From the NCBI GenBank assembly GCA_016781135.1, contig JADDQY010000035.1:17764-81763 (forward strand): DNA of 64,000 nt, given 5' to 3'. A program made the position numbers and the translations under genes. Under the pieces are notes generated by a model. The model saw nothing but the letters and a program-made list of their open reading frames with translations, was not told the origin of the DNA and did not search any database. Origin of the DNA: Actinomycetota bacterium (GTDB taxonomy: Bacteria > Actinomycetota > Acidimicrobiia > Acidimicrobiales > CADCSY01). Each line of letters opens with the position of its first letter. The first letter of the stretch is position 1. Positions 1 through 8,033 of this stretch are shown here, piece by piece.

Positions 1-187
1 CCACGGCCCACGCGGCGACGGCGTCGTCGTCGCAGACCACGGCCGCGTGCAAGGGTGCCGCCGCCGCCACCACCACCGTCGCCATGTGCCGGGCCAGAGA
101 CTCCCGAGCGGGACCGTCGAGCGCCGGGGCCAGTCGCAGCTTGGCTCGGGCGAAGGCCTTGACCGGGACCAGCACCGCCGCAGCCAT
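1..187 (-). CDS. cofC: CofC/FbiD-like 2-phospho-L-lactate guanylyltransferase, N-terminal fragment running off the window
   Basis: Not in the ORF track because there is no stop in the window. Manual minus-strand translation from ATG 187..185 gives MAAAVLVPVKAFARAKLRLAPALDGPARESLARHMATVVVAAAAPLHAAVVCDDD. VPVKxFxxAKxRL is the CofC/FbiD N-terminal signature. It is divergent from gpsA, as fbiD and gpsA are neighbours in mycobacteria. Confidence 0.5.
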   Translation of the reverse strand, partial: MAAAVLVPVKAFARAKLRLAPALDGPARESLARHMATVVVAAAAPLHAAVVCDDDAVAAWAV

Positions 188-196
188 GTGGCGGGC

Positions 197-202
197 ATTC
201 TA
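197..202 (-). promoter_or_regulatory. candidate -10 hexamer TAGAAT for cofC
   Basis: Minus-strand TAGAAT lies 9 nt upstream of the ATG at 187, in the 70-nt divergent region. Confidence 0.3.
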
Positions 203-245
203 CGACGGGAGCGATGCCGGCCTCCTCCGCCTTCCGCCCCCTGTC

Positions 246-251
246 TAAGGT
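246..251 (+). promoter_or_regulatory. candidate -10 hexamer TAAGGT; gpsA would be leaderless
   Basis: A TANNNT hexamer is followed by exactly 6 nt (CGGACG) and then the GTG start at 258. The same TANNNT-N6-start geometry recurs at fur, rex and acs. Confidence 0.35.
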
Positions 252-257
252 CGGACG

Positions 258-1286
258 GTGGTGCGGGTGGCGGTCATCGGGGCGGGTGCCTGGGGCACCA
301 CCTTCGCTGCCCTGCGGTGCGCCAACGGACCGACGGTGCTGTGGGCCCGGCGGGCGACCCTGGCCGCCGAGATCGACAAGGCTCACGTCAACCCCGCATA
401 CCTTCCCGGCGTCGTGCTCCCAACCGGGCTGCGGGCCACCGCCAGTCTCGCCGAGGCGGTCGGCGACGTCGACGCCCTCGCGGTGGCGGTCCCCACCCAC
501 GGCGTGCGCACCGTGCTCGAGGCGCTTGCCGCCGACCTCGCTTCCGGCGTCCCCGTCGTCAGCCTGGCCAAGGGGCTCGAGCAGGGGTCCCGGAAACGGA
601 TGACCGAGGTGATCGCCGAGGTTCTCCCAGGCCATCCCGTCGGCGCCCTCACCGGCCCCAACCTCGCCGGTGAGATCCTCGCCGACCGGCCCGCCGCCTC
701 GGTCCTGGCCATGGCCGACCAGACCACGGCGAGCGTCCTGCAGAGGGCGTTCAGCACCGAGAGCTTCCGGGTCTACACCAACGACGACGTCGTCGGCTGC
801 GAGGTCGCCGGAGCCCTCAAGAACGTCGTCGCCATCGCCGCCGGCATGGCCGACGGGATGGACCTCGGCGACAACGCCCGGGCCGCCCTGGTCACCCGGG
901 GCCTGGCCGAGCTGACCCGCTTGGCCGTCGCCCTCGGCGGCGACCCCCGTACCTGCGCCGGCCTGGCCGGCCTCGGAGACCTGGTCGCCACCTGCAGCAG
1001 CACCAGGAGCCGGAACCACCAGCTGGGCGTGGAGCTCGGCCGAGGTCGAGCGCTGGCCGCCATCGTCGCCGACCTCCGCAGCGTCGTCGAAGGCGTCCGC
1101 ACCGCCCCGGTGGCGTGCGAGCTCGGCGCCGAGCTCGGCGTGGAGGTCCCCATCGCCGAGCAGACGGCGGCGGTGTGCCGGGGTGAGCGCTCGGCCGCCG
1201 ACGCCCTGGCTGCCCTGATGCACCGTCGCCCCCGCCCCGAGCTCCACGGCCTGTCGCCCACACCCGTCCCGCCGCCGGCACACTGA
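258..1286 (+). CDS. gpsA: NAD(P)H-dependent glycerol-3-phosphate dehydrogenase
   Basis: 342 aa. N-terminal Rossmann motif VAVIGAGAWGT. Contains the GpsA-typical segments LAKGLE, GPNLAGEI and GALKNVVAIAAG. Confidence 0.9.
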   Translation: MVRVAVIGAGAWGTTFAALRCANGPTVLWARRATLAAEIDKAHVNPAYLPGVVLPTGLRATASLAEAVGDVDALAVAVPTHGVRTVLEALAADLASGVPVVSLAKGLEQGSRKRMTEVIAEVLPGHPVGALTGPNLAGEILADRPAASVLAMADQTTASVLQRAFSTESFRVYTNDDVVGCEVAGALKNVVAIAAGMADGMDLGDNARAALVTRGLAELTRLAVALGGDPRTCAGLAGLGDLVATCSSTRSRNHQLGVELGRGRALAAIVADLRSVVEGVRTAPVACELGAELGVEVPIAEQTAAVCRGERSAADALAALMHRRPRPELHGLSPTPVPPPAH

Positions 1287-1291
1287 AGACG

Positions 1292-1702
1292 ATGCGCGTG
1301 GCATTGGGCAGCGACGAGCACACCCCCTTGGTCGACGAGGTTCGGCGCCGCCTCGTCGAGCTCGGCCACGAGGTCGCGGTGGTGGCCGACGGCGACCCCT
1401 GGCCGGAGGTCGGGCGTGCAGTGGGTGAGGCCGTGGTGGCGGGCACGGCGGCGCTGGGGGTCGTGTGCTGCTGGACGGGAACCGGCGTTTCGATCGCCGC
1501 CAACAAGGTCCCCGGGGTTCGAGCGGCGCTGTGCACCGACGCCGAGACGGCCCGGGGGGCGCGGCGCTGGAACGACGCCAACGTCTTGGCCCTCGGCCTG
1601 CGCCTGACCTCACCCGAAGTGGCCGGGGAGATGCTCCAGGCCTTCTTCACCACCGAGGTCGACGACCAGGAGGTGGAGACCTTGCGGCGGCTTCCGGAGT
1701 GA
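1292..1702 (+). CDS. rpiB: ribose-5-phosphate isomerase B (RpiB/LacA/LacB family)
   Basis: 136 aa. MRVALGSDEHT start and CCWTGTGVSIAANKVPGVRAA active-site region. Begins 5 nt after the gpsA stop. Confidence 0.85.
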   Translation: MRVALGSDEHTPLVDEVRRRLVELGHEVAVVADGDPWPEVGRAVGEAVVAGTAALGVVCCWTGTGVSIAANKVPGVRAALCTDAETARGARRWNDANVLALGLRLTSPEVAGEMLQAFFTTEVDDQEVETLRRLPE

Positions 1703-1749
1703 AGCAACATCCACCGGGCGCCGCTGTCACGTAAAGGGCTTGGCAACGG

Positions 1750-1755
1750 TAGAAT
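1750..1755 (+). promoter_or_regulatory. candidate -10 hexamer TAGAAT upstream of the sigma factor gene
   Basis: Lies in an A/T-richer patch of an otherwise GC-rich intergenic region. No convincing -35 element was found. Confidence 0.25.
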
Positions 1756-1772
1756 TCGGACACGAGAGAATG

Positions 1773-1790
1773 GCCTTCATGCGTGAAGGC
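1773..1790 (+). promoter_or_regulatory. perfect 7-bp inverted repeat GCCTTCA-TGCG-TGAAGGC in the sigma factor leader
   Basis: Read directly from the sequence. Sits 42 nt upstream of GTG 1832 and downstream of the TAGAAT. Could be an RNA hairpin or a dimeric regulator site. Confidence 0.35.
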
Positions 1791-1831
1791 AGCCGGAGAT
1801 CGGCCGGCGCTCCACCGGGGGGGGAGTACGT

Positions 1832-2764
1832 GTGGCCAGAGAGCCAACGGTCAGGGTCGATGACGACGACCTTGTCCAGCTCTACCTGAACGACATCGGC
1901 AAGTACCCGCTGCTCACCAAGGACGACGAGTTCCGTCTCGGCGAGGCGGTGCAGGCCGGCGAGGCCGCCGCCGCTCAGCTGACGAGCGACCGCCAGATCG
2001 ATCCCGAGCGGCGAGCCGAGCTCGAGGACCTGGTCCGAGCCGGCACCGAGGCGGCAATCCACTTCGTGAACTGCAACCTGCGCCTGGTCGTCTCCATCGC
2101 CAAGCGCTACTCCACCGCTGGGCTCCCGCTGCTCGACGTGGTGCAAGAGGGCAACTTCGGCCTCATGCACGCGGTCGAGAAGTTCGATCCCCACAAGGGG
2201 TTCAAGTTCTCCACCTACGCCACGTGGTGGATCCGCCAGGCGATCGGTCGGGGCATCGCCAACACCGGCAAGGCCATCCGCCTCCCGGTCCACGCCGGCG
2301 ACCAGCTCTTCGCCCTGCGGATGGAGAGCGTGGCGTTCGAGGTGCGCTGCGGGCGGGCGCCACGTGCGGGGGAGCTGGCCGAGGCGCTCAACCTGCCCTT
2401 GCGCAAGGTCGAGGAGCTGCTGCCCTACCTGCAGGACCCGGTGTCGCTGTCGGAACCGCTGAAAGACGGCGAGCGCGAGCTGGGCGATCTGGTCGAGGAC
2501 ACCTCGTCGCAAACTCCCGACCAGCAGGTGTTCGCCTCGATGCTGCCCGCGCAGGTGGCCGAGCTGCTGTCGAGCCTCGACGCCCGGGAGCGAGAGGTCC
2601 TCTGCCTGCGCTACGGCCTCGACCGAGGCCGTCCCCGCACCCTCGAGGAGGTCTCGCAGCGCTTCGGTCTCACCCGGGAGGGCATCCGCCAGATCGAGGC
2701 CAAGGCGGTGCTGAAGCTCCGGCGCCGGTTCAACCGGGGCGAGCGGGACCTCCTCACCGCCTGA
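1832..2764 (+). CDS. RNA polymerase sigma factor, sigma-70 family (group 1/2-like, no long region 1.1)
   Basis: 310 aa. LYLNDIGKYPLLTKDDE (region 1.2), NLRLVVSIAKRY and FSTYATWWIRQAI (region 2), and a region 4 HTH LEEVSQRFGLTREGIRQIE. A G8-containing SD (GGGGGGGGAG) lies 5 nt upstream. Confidence 0.85.
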   Translation: MAREPTVRVDDDDLVQLYLNDIGKYPLLTKDDEFRLGEAVQAGEAAAAQLTSDRQIDPERRAELEDLVRAGTEAAIHFVNCNLRLVVSIAKRYSTAGLPLLDVVQEGNFGLMHAVEKFDPHKGFKFSTYATWWIRQAIGRGIANTGKAIRLPVHAGDQLFALRMESVAFEVRCGRAPRAGELAEALNLPLRKVEELLPYLQDPVSLSEPLKDGERELGDLVEDTSSQTPDQQVFASMLPAQVAELLSSLDAREREVLCLRYGLDRGRPRTLEEVSQRFGLTREGIRQIEAKAVLKLRRRFNRGERDLLTA

Positions 2765-2813
2765 TCAACCAGGCCGGCGCCCACTGGACCGGCTGCCGAG
2801 GGGAGGCGAAGCG

Positions 2814-3614
2814 GTGGAGCCGGGCCTGCTTCGCGACCTCCTCACGGCGTTGGTGGGATTGCTCGCCGGTGTCCTCTCCGGCGCCTTCGGGGTTGGCGGC
2901 GCGACCATCTCCACACCCGGCATCCGCCTGCTCGGGGTGGCCCCGCTGATGGCCGTGGGCACCACTCTCCCGGCGATCCTGCCCAGCGCGGTCAGCGGTG
3001 GTCTGCGCTATCGGGACGAGGGCCTGGTCGATTGGCGGGCGGTCGTCTGGACGGTTCCCGTCGGGGTGGCGGCATCGTTGGCCGGTGCTGCCGCCGCAGG
3101 GCTGGTGCCCGGCGAAGGCCACGTGCTCCAGCTCCTCACCGCCGCGCTGCTGGGGCTCAGCGCCTGGCGCATGGTGAGCAACGTCGGCCGCCCGAACGCC
3201 GCCAACGTCGGCGCCGACCCCGACTCGGAGGAGCCGCTCACCAGGGAGCCTTCGCCCCTCGGCCTGGGCGCGGTGGGCTTGGTCGCCGGTGGGCTCTCGG
3301 GCCTCCTCGGCATCGGCGGGGGCGTGGTCATGGTCCCCGCGTTCAACCACATCGGGTTGTCGGTGCGCACCTCGGTGGCCACGTCGTTGGTGTGCGTAGG
3401 AGCCCTCGCCGTGCCGGGCACGATCGCCCATGCCGCGCTCGGCAACATCGACTGGAGGACGGCGCTGGTGCTCGCCGTCACCGTGGTACCGGGTGCCCGC
3501 CTCGGGGCGACGGCATCGCTGCGGCTGCGCGACCGGCACCTCACCCAGGTGGTGGCGGCCTTCCTCGGCGTGGTCGCCCTCGTCTACGCCGCCGGGGAGC
3601 TGGCGGCCCTGTAA
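2814..3614 (+). CDS. TauE/SafE (DUF81) family anion exporter, membrane protein
   Basis: 266 aa and polytopic. Duplicated G-rich motifs GAFGVGGATISTP and GLLGIGGGVVMVP. SD GGGGAGG upstream. Confidence 0.8.
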   Translation: MEPGLLRDLLTALVGLLAGVLSGAFGVGGATISTPGIRLLGVAPLMAVGTTLPAILPSAVSGGLRYRDEGLVDWRAVVWTVPVGVAASLAGAAAAGLVPGEGHVLQLLTAALLGLSAWRMVSNVGRPNAANVGADPDSEEPLTREPSPLGLGAVGLVAGGLSGLLGIGGGVVMVPAFNHIGLSVRTSVATSLVCVGALAVPGTIAHAALGNIDWRTALVLAVTVVPGARLGATASLRLRDRHLTQVVAAFLGVVALVYAAGELAAL

Positions 3615-3618
3615 GGCA

Positions 3619-4305
3619 TCATTCCCGGCCTTCGATCAACTGCCTGGCCCGGGCGAAGACGGCGTCGAACATCTCCTCGGTGAGGGTGCCGGTGAACGTG
3701 TTCTGCTGGCTGGGGTGGTAGGAGCAGAGCAACGTCCGGCCGTCAGGCAACTTGACCTCGACGCCGTGGCCGAAGCGGGGCCGGGGCCGGACCCCTACCA
3801 AGGCGGCCACCACCTGGGCGGCGAAGGCGCCGAGGGCGACGACCACCTGCACGTCGGTGAGCAGGGCCCACTCTCGGGCCAGGTACGGCACGCAGGTGTC
3901 GCGCTCAACCGGCGTGGGGCGGTTGCCGGGCGGAGCGCAGCGCACGGCGGCGACGACGTAGGCACGGCTGAGGTGGAGGCCGTCGTGGCGGTGCACGCTG
4001 TTGGGCTGGCTGGCGAACCCGGCCCGGTGCAGGGCGCGAAAGACCCAGTCGCCGGAACGGTCGCCGGTGAAGATCCGGCCAGTGCGGTTGCCGCCGTGGG
4101 CGGCCGGGGCCAGGCCCACCACCAGCAGCCGGGCGTCCGGGTCGCCGAAGCCGGGGATGGGGCGGCCCCAGTAGTCGTGGTCGATGTACGCCGCCCGCTT
4201 GCGCACCGCCACCTCCTCCCGCCACTCGACCAGGCGAGGACAGGCACGACAATCGATCACGTCGGCGTTGACCTGGGCCAGCGAGTCCCTCGCCGCGGTG
4301 AGCAT
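3619..4305 (-). CDS. uracil-DNA glycosylase, family 4/5 (UdgB-like, Fe-S type)
   Basis: C-terminal 228 aa of the 412-aa track ORF. The start is moved to ATG 4305..4303 (MLTAARD). Motif GLAPAAHGGNRTGRIFTGD and N-terminal CRACPRL. The upstream part of the track ORF is antisense to the next gene. Confidence 0.8.
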   Translation of the reverse strand: MLTAARDSLAQVNADVIDCRACPRLVEWREEVAVRKRAAYIDHDYWGRPIPGFGDPDARLLVVGLAPAAHGGNRTGRIFTGDRSGDWVFRALHRAGFASQPNSVHRHDGLHLSRAYVVAAVRCAPPGNRPTPVERDTCVPYLAREWALLTDVQVVVALGAFAAQVVAALVGVRPRPRFGHGVEVKLPDGRTLLCSYHPSQQNTFTGTLTEEMFDAVFARARQLIEGRE

Positions 4306-4374
4306 CGAGGACCACGGTAGGTTGGCCCGATCGCCGCTCGCACCCGCAAGCCCAAACCGCCTCCGCCGACGGTC

Positions 4375-4998
4375 GTGGTGCTGGTTCGCCACGGCCAAAC
4401 GCCCACCACCGGCGACCTGCTCCCCGGTCGGGCGCCCGGGCTGCACCTGGCCGACGCCGGTGTGGCCCAGGCCGAGGCGGTGGCCGAGCGCGTCGCCGGC
4501 CTGAAGCGGGTCGACGAGGTGGTGGTGTCCCCCTTGGAGCGCACCCGCGAGACGGCTCGGCCCATCGCCCGCGCTCGGGGGCTCAAGGCGAAGGTCGACC
4601 GCGGCCTGCTCGAGTGCGACTTCGGCGAGTGGACCGGGCGCTCCCTCAAGGAGCTGAGACGCCTGCCGGAGTGGGCCACGGTGCAGCGCTACCCCAGTGG
4701 CTTCCGCTTTCCGGGGGGGGAGTCGTTTCGGGAGATGCAGCTCCGCATCACCGCCGCCCTGGCCCGACTGGTCGAGCGCCATCCCGGTGGTGTGGTGGTG
4801 GCGGTGTCGCATGCCGACCCGATCAAAGCCGCCGTCGCCGATGCGTTGGGCACTCACCTCGACCTGTTCCAGCGGATCGTCGTGTCGCCCTGCTCGGCCA
4901 CGGTCATCAGCTACGGCGCCGCAGGACCATCGGTGCTCGCCGTGAACTCCGTCGCCGGCGGGCTGCCGGGGCCGGCCGACGAACGCCGCCGCCGCTGA
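4375..4998 (+). CDS. histidine phosphatase family protein (MSMEG_4193-type putative phosphomutase)
   Basis: 207 aa. LVRHGQT catalytic RHG, SPLERTRETA, and SHADPIK. First gene of the conserved actinobacterial trio. Confidence 0.8.
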   Translation: MVLVRHGQTPTTGDLLPGRAPGLHLADAGVAQAEAVAERVAGLKRVDEVVVSPLERTRETARPIARARGLKAKVDRGLLECDFGEWTGRSLKELRRLPEWATVQRYPSGFRFPGGESFREMQLRITAALARLVERHPGGVVVAVSHADPIKAAVADALGTHLDLFQRIVVSPCSATVISYGAAGPSVLAVNSVAGGLPGPADERRRR

Positions 4999-5513
4999 TG
5001 GGCGCCTCGTTCGAGCTGCCCGAGGTCGACCGGTTCACCTCGACGGCGGTCGGACCTCCGGGAGCTCGAGTGTTCTATCTCCAGGCGGTGACCGGAACCG
5101 AGGTCGTGACGCTTCGCTTGGAGAAGGCTCAGGTGGCGGCGCTCGCCGGTTACCTGGCCGAACTGCTCTCCGACCTCCCGACGCCGTCACCCGAGGAGAT
5201 CCCACGCGAACTCGAGCCGGTCGAGCCCCTGGTGGCCGAATGGGTGGTCGGTCAGCTCGGCGTGGCCTTCGACGAGGCCCGCGACCGCATGGTGATCCGC
5301 GCCGACGAGGTCGTGCCCGACGACGCCGACGACGAGGTGGCGGCCGGCGAGGGGAGCGCCCGCTTCGCCCTCACCCGGCCCCAGGTTGCGGCCTTCGTCG
5401 TCCATGCCGCCTCGCTGGTGTCCGCCGGTCGGCCTCCGTGCCCGCTGTGCCGGCGACCACTCGATCCCGAGGGACACGTGTGCATCAAGACCAACGGGCA
5501 CAAGCCGCGCTGA
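4998..5513 (+). CDS. DUF3090 family protein
   Basis: 171 aa from ATG 4998, a TGATG overlap with the upstream stop. C-terminal zinc-ribbon-like CPLCRRPLDPEGHVCIKTNGH. Second trio member. Confidence 0.75.
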   Translation: MGASFELPEVDRFTSTAVGPPGARVFYLQAVTGTEVVTLRLEKAQVAALAGYLAELLSDLPTPSPEEIPRELEPVEPLVAEWVVGQLGVAFDEARDRMVIRADEVVPDDADDEVAAGEGSARFALTRPQVAAFVVHAASLVSAGRPPCPLCRRPLDPEGHVCIKTNGHKPR

Positions 5514-6193
5514 AGCTCCTGGCCGAGGGCGACGTCGAGCTCAAGGGACGGATGCCCTGGAGCACGAACCAGACCTTTCTGGTCGAGGTGGCTCATGGCG
5601 ACGACGCCATGCTCGGGGTCTACAAGCCCGGGCGGGGTGAACGGCCGTTGTGGGACTTTCCCGGAGGCCTCTACCGCCGGGAGGTGGCGGCGTGGGTGCT
5701 CTCTGAGCTGCTCGGGTGGGGCATCGTGCCCGAGACGGTGTTGCGCGACGGCCCGTTGGGGGAGGGCTCGGTGCAGCGGTTCGTCAGCGCGGACTTCTCC
5801 CAGCACTACTTCACCCTCTACGAGGACCCGACGCACCACGACGCGCTTCGGAGGATCTGTGTGTTCGATCTCCTGGCCAACAACACCGACCGCAAGGGCG
5901 GGCACTGCCTGCTGGGGGAGGACGGCCGGCTGTGGGCGATCGACAACGGGCTCTGCTTCCACCCTCACCCCAAGGTGCGGACCGTGATCTGGGAGTTCGG
6001 GGGGGAACCGGTCCCCGACCCGCTGCTCGGCGACGTCGACGCCCTGTTGGGCCGGCTCCCCGGCGGGTTGGTGGCGCTGCTCGCCGGTGACGAGGTCGAC
6101 GGCGTGCGCCAGCGGGCGGAGTGGCTCTTGCGCCGAGGGCGCTTTCCCGCACCCGATCCCCTCGGGCGCTGCTACCCCTGGCCGCTGGTATGA
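5480..6193 (+). CDS. SCO1664 family protein (PI3/4-kinase-like fold)
   Basis: Conserved body GRMPWSTNQTFLV, GVYKPGRGERPLWDFP, NNTDRKGGHCL and WAIDNGLCFH. Start uncertain: GTG 5480 is proposed and overlaps the DUF3090 end. Confidence 0.7.
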   Translation: MHQDQRAQAALKLLAEGDVELKGRMPWSTNQTFLVEVAHGDDAMLGVYKPGRGERPLWDFPGGLYRREVAAWVLSELLGWGIVPETVLRDGPLGEGSVQRFVSADFSQHYFTLYEDPTHHDALRRICVFDLLANNTDRKGGHCLLGEDGRLWAIDNGLCFHPHPKVRTVIWEFGGEPVPDPLLGDVDALLGRLPGGLVALLAGDEVDGVRQRAEWLLRRGRFPAPDPLGRCYPWPLV

Positions 6194-7176
6194 CCGTGTC
6201 GAGCGTGGCCGAGGCCCTCACCGCCGGCGACCTCGACGAGCTGTCGCGCTGGGTGGACCGGTTCTGCGAGGTGCGTGACTGGGACAGTCTGACCGCGCTG
6301 CGCGACGCCAGCCGAGATGCGTTCGCCCGGCGTGGTCACCAGCTGTGGCCCATCGCCAGCCAGGCCGAGTACCGCCTGGCCCTGGAGGCGCCGGCGGGGT
6401 GGGCGGGCCGCGTGCTGGTCGATGGCGCCGGGCGATTCGCCCTCGGCCCGCTCCCCGAGGTGGTGGCGTCGACCCACACGTGGGAGGAGCTGGCCGCCCA
6501 TGTGGCGCCCACGCCTGCGGCGGCGCTCGCCGCCCACGAGCGGGTGCTGCGGGGCGAGCGCATCGACGACGACGCGCGCATCGACGCGGGGGTGCTCGAG
6601 CTGCCCCTTGCCTTGCAGTCCTGGGAACCCCAGTACGCGCTGGCCACCTACGAGAGCCATGGAGCCCTGTTCCCGGCTCCTCGGGCCTCGGCGCTGGTCC
6701 GCCGCGAGCTGCCGAGCCCGGGGGCGACCGTTGACGACCCCGAGGTGAGCGGGGCGCTGCGAGCCCTCGTCGAGCGCTGGGTGATCGAGTCGAACGGTGA
6801 GGTGGGGGTGGTGGCGGTGGAGGCGACGGCAGAAGCGGCGGTGGGCGCGCTCGGGCACCGGGAGGTGGGCTGGGCCGAGATCGAGCCCGCCGAGGCCCTG
6901 GCGGCGATGGCGTGGGCCGGCGCCAGCGGGGGAGCGCACGGCCGGCGGCTCGGGGCCGCCACCGGTCGCTTCGGCGCGTGGTGGGCTCTCGCTGCCCTCG
7001 CCGGCATGCTCGATGACTGGCCAGCGGTCCCCGAGGACCTCGGCGACGTTGCCTCAGCCCTGCGCTGGGCCCGGTGGCACCCGCTCGCCCCGGCCCTCGG
7101 CTGGTCCCTCCACCTCGCCGTCGAGGACCCTCACACCCAGCTGGCGTGGGCCATCGCCGCCACCGACCACACCTGA
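6190..7176 (+). CDS. hypothetical protein, translationally coupled to the SCO1664-family gene
   Basis: 328 aa from ATG 6190, an ATGA overlap with stop 6191..6193. High GC3. No family recognised. Trp/Ala-rich and apparently soluble. Confidence 0.6.
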   Translation: MTVSSVAEALTAGDLDELSRWVDRFCEVRDWDSLTALRDASRDAFARRGHQLWPIASQAEYRLALEAPAGWAGRVLVDGAGRFALGPLPEVVASTHTWEELAAHVAPTPAAALAAHERVLRGERIDDDARIDAGVLELPLALQSWEPQYALATYESHGALFPAPRASALVRRELPSPGATVDDPEVSGALRALVERWVIESNGEVGVVAVEATAEAAVGALGHREVGWAEIEPAEALAAMAWAGASGGAHGRRLGAATGRFGAWWALAALAGMLDDWPAVPEDLGDVASALRWARWHPLAPALGWSLHLAVEDPHTQLAWAIAATDHT

Positions 7177-7242
7177 CCCAGGCACGCCGCACCACGACGC
7201 GAGCGAGCCCCCGAAGAAGGTGGCGAGGAGCACCGCTACCTT

Positions 7243-7263
7243 CCCTCGAACCCGGTTCGAGGG
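7243..7263. terminator. perfect 9-bp hairpin CCCTCGAAC-CCG-GTTCGAGGG between convergent genes
   Basis: Read directly. Lies 8 nt beyond the fur stop and 67 nt beyond the stop of the plus-strand gene. No T-tract, as is usual for high-GC terminators. Confidence 0.45.
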
Positions 7264-7270
7264 CGAAACC

Positions 7271-7831
7271 CTACGCACACGCCTCGCAGACCCCGATCAG
7301 GTCGAGGCGGTGGTGCTCGGAGGTGAAGCCGGTGCGATCGGAGACCTCGGAGATGGCCCGGGCGACGCTGCGCTCGATTTGGGGCGAGGCGGTGAAGTCC
7401 TCGACCACCCCGCAGGACGAGCAGATCAGGTGGTGGTGGTGCTCGGTGAGGTCCTCGGCCAGCTCGTGGCGGGCGAAATCGTCGGTGGTGACGACCCGGC
7501 GCACCACCCCGGCCTGCTCGAGCACCGCCAGGTTGCGGTAGACCGAGCTCTGGGCCAGCGCCGGCTGCAGGCTCAAGATGTCGGGAATCGACAGCGGGTG
7601 ACGAGACTCGGCGAGCAGGTCGACGAGGGTTCGGCGCTGGGTGGTGAAGCGCTGGCCGACGGCGTCGAGGCGGTCGGCGGCCGTCACGTGGAGATCGGTC
7701 ACGATCGCGCTCGCTCGCTTGGCGCCAGCCCGGTTGGTGGAGCGCCTCGTGGAGGCCGGGTCCTCGCCCGCCCTCCCCACGCCACCCTTGCCCGGGTCGG
7801 CGTTGGAAGAGGCGCGTCGGAGATCAGGCAT
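7271..7831 (-). CDS. Fur family transcriptional regulator (metal specificity unknown)
   Basis: Winged-helix QRRTLVDLL...SVYRNLAVLEQAG, then HHHHLICSSCG and a C-terminal CEAC structural Zn site. ATG 7831 is preferred: hand-counted GC3 is about 84% and the promoter geometry is leaderless. The alternative is GTG 7702. Confidence 0.8.
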   Translation of the reverse strand: MPDLRRASSNADPGKGGVGRAGEDPASTRRSTNRAGAKRASAIVTDLHVTAADRLDAVGQRFTTQRRTLVDLLAESRHPLSIPDILSLQPALAQSSVYRNLAVLEQAGVVRRVVTTDDFARHELAEDLTEHHHHLICSSCGVVEDFTASPQIERSVARAISEVSDRTGFTSEHHRLDLIGVCEACA

Positions 7832-7837
7832 GCGGTC

Positions 7838-7870
7838 ACGCTACCAGTCCTCCTGAGAATCAGTGAGAAC
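7838..7870 (-). promoter_or_regulatory. candidate leaderless fur promoter (-10 TAGCGT) with upstream TTCTCA direct repeat / CTGA-N3-TCAG palindrome
   Basis: Minus strand reads TTCTCACTGATTCTCAGGAGGACTGG-TAGCGT-GACCGC-ATG. The -10 lies 6 nt from the ATG. A/T-richer repeats overlap the -35 region, as expected for an autoregulated Fur-type box. Confidence 0.3.
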
Positions 7871-8033
7871 CGGCCGCGCCCGCTCCCGTTCTCCGTGAGC
7901 CTGGGGAGCGGAGACGGGTCTTCGCTCGCAGGCGTTCGCCGGCGCCCCTCGGCCTCCGGCGGGCCTGTCGTCGCCCGGCTCCCGGGGAGGGGTCGCACGC
8001 CCGTGGGCTGGGTCGCGACCCCGGGGGGCGGGA

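Noticed and set aside
47-673. 208-aa and 129-aa plus-strand ORFs overlapping the cofC/gpsA region
   Set aside because: They are off-frame relative to gpsA and antisense to the cofC fragment. Their composition is Arg-rich and typical of a wrong frame.
7699-7845. 46-codon upstream ORF with a good SD (GGAGGA, 8 nt) ending in a GTGA overlap with the alternative fur start GTG 7702
   Set aside because: Hand-counted GC3 is about 67% in this frame and about 84% in the frame continuing from ATG 7831. ATG 7831 also has leaderless promoter geometry. The N-terminally extended Fur is therefore preferred, and the uORF model is kept only as an alternative.
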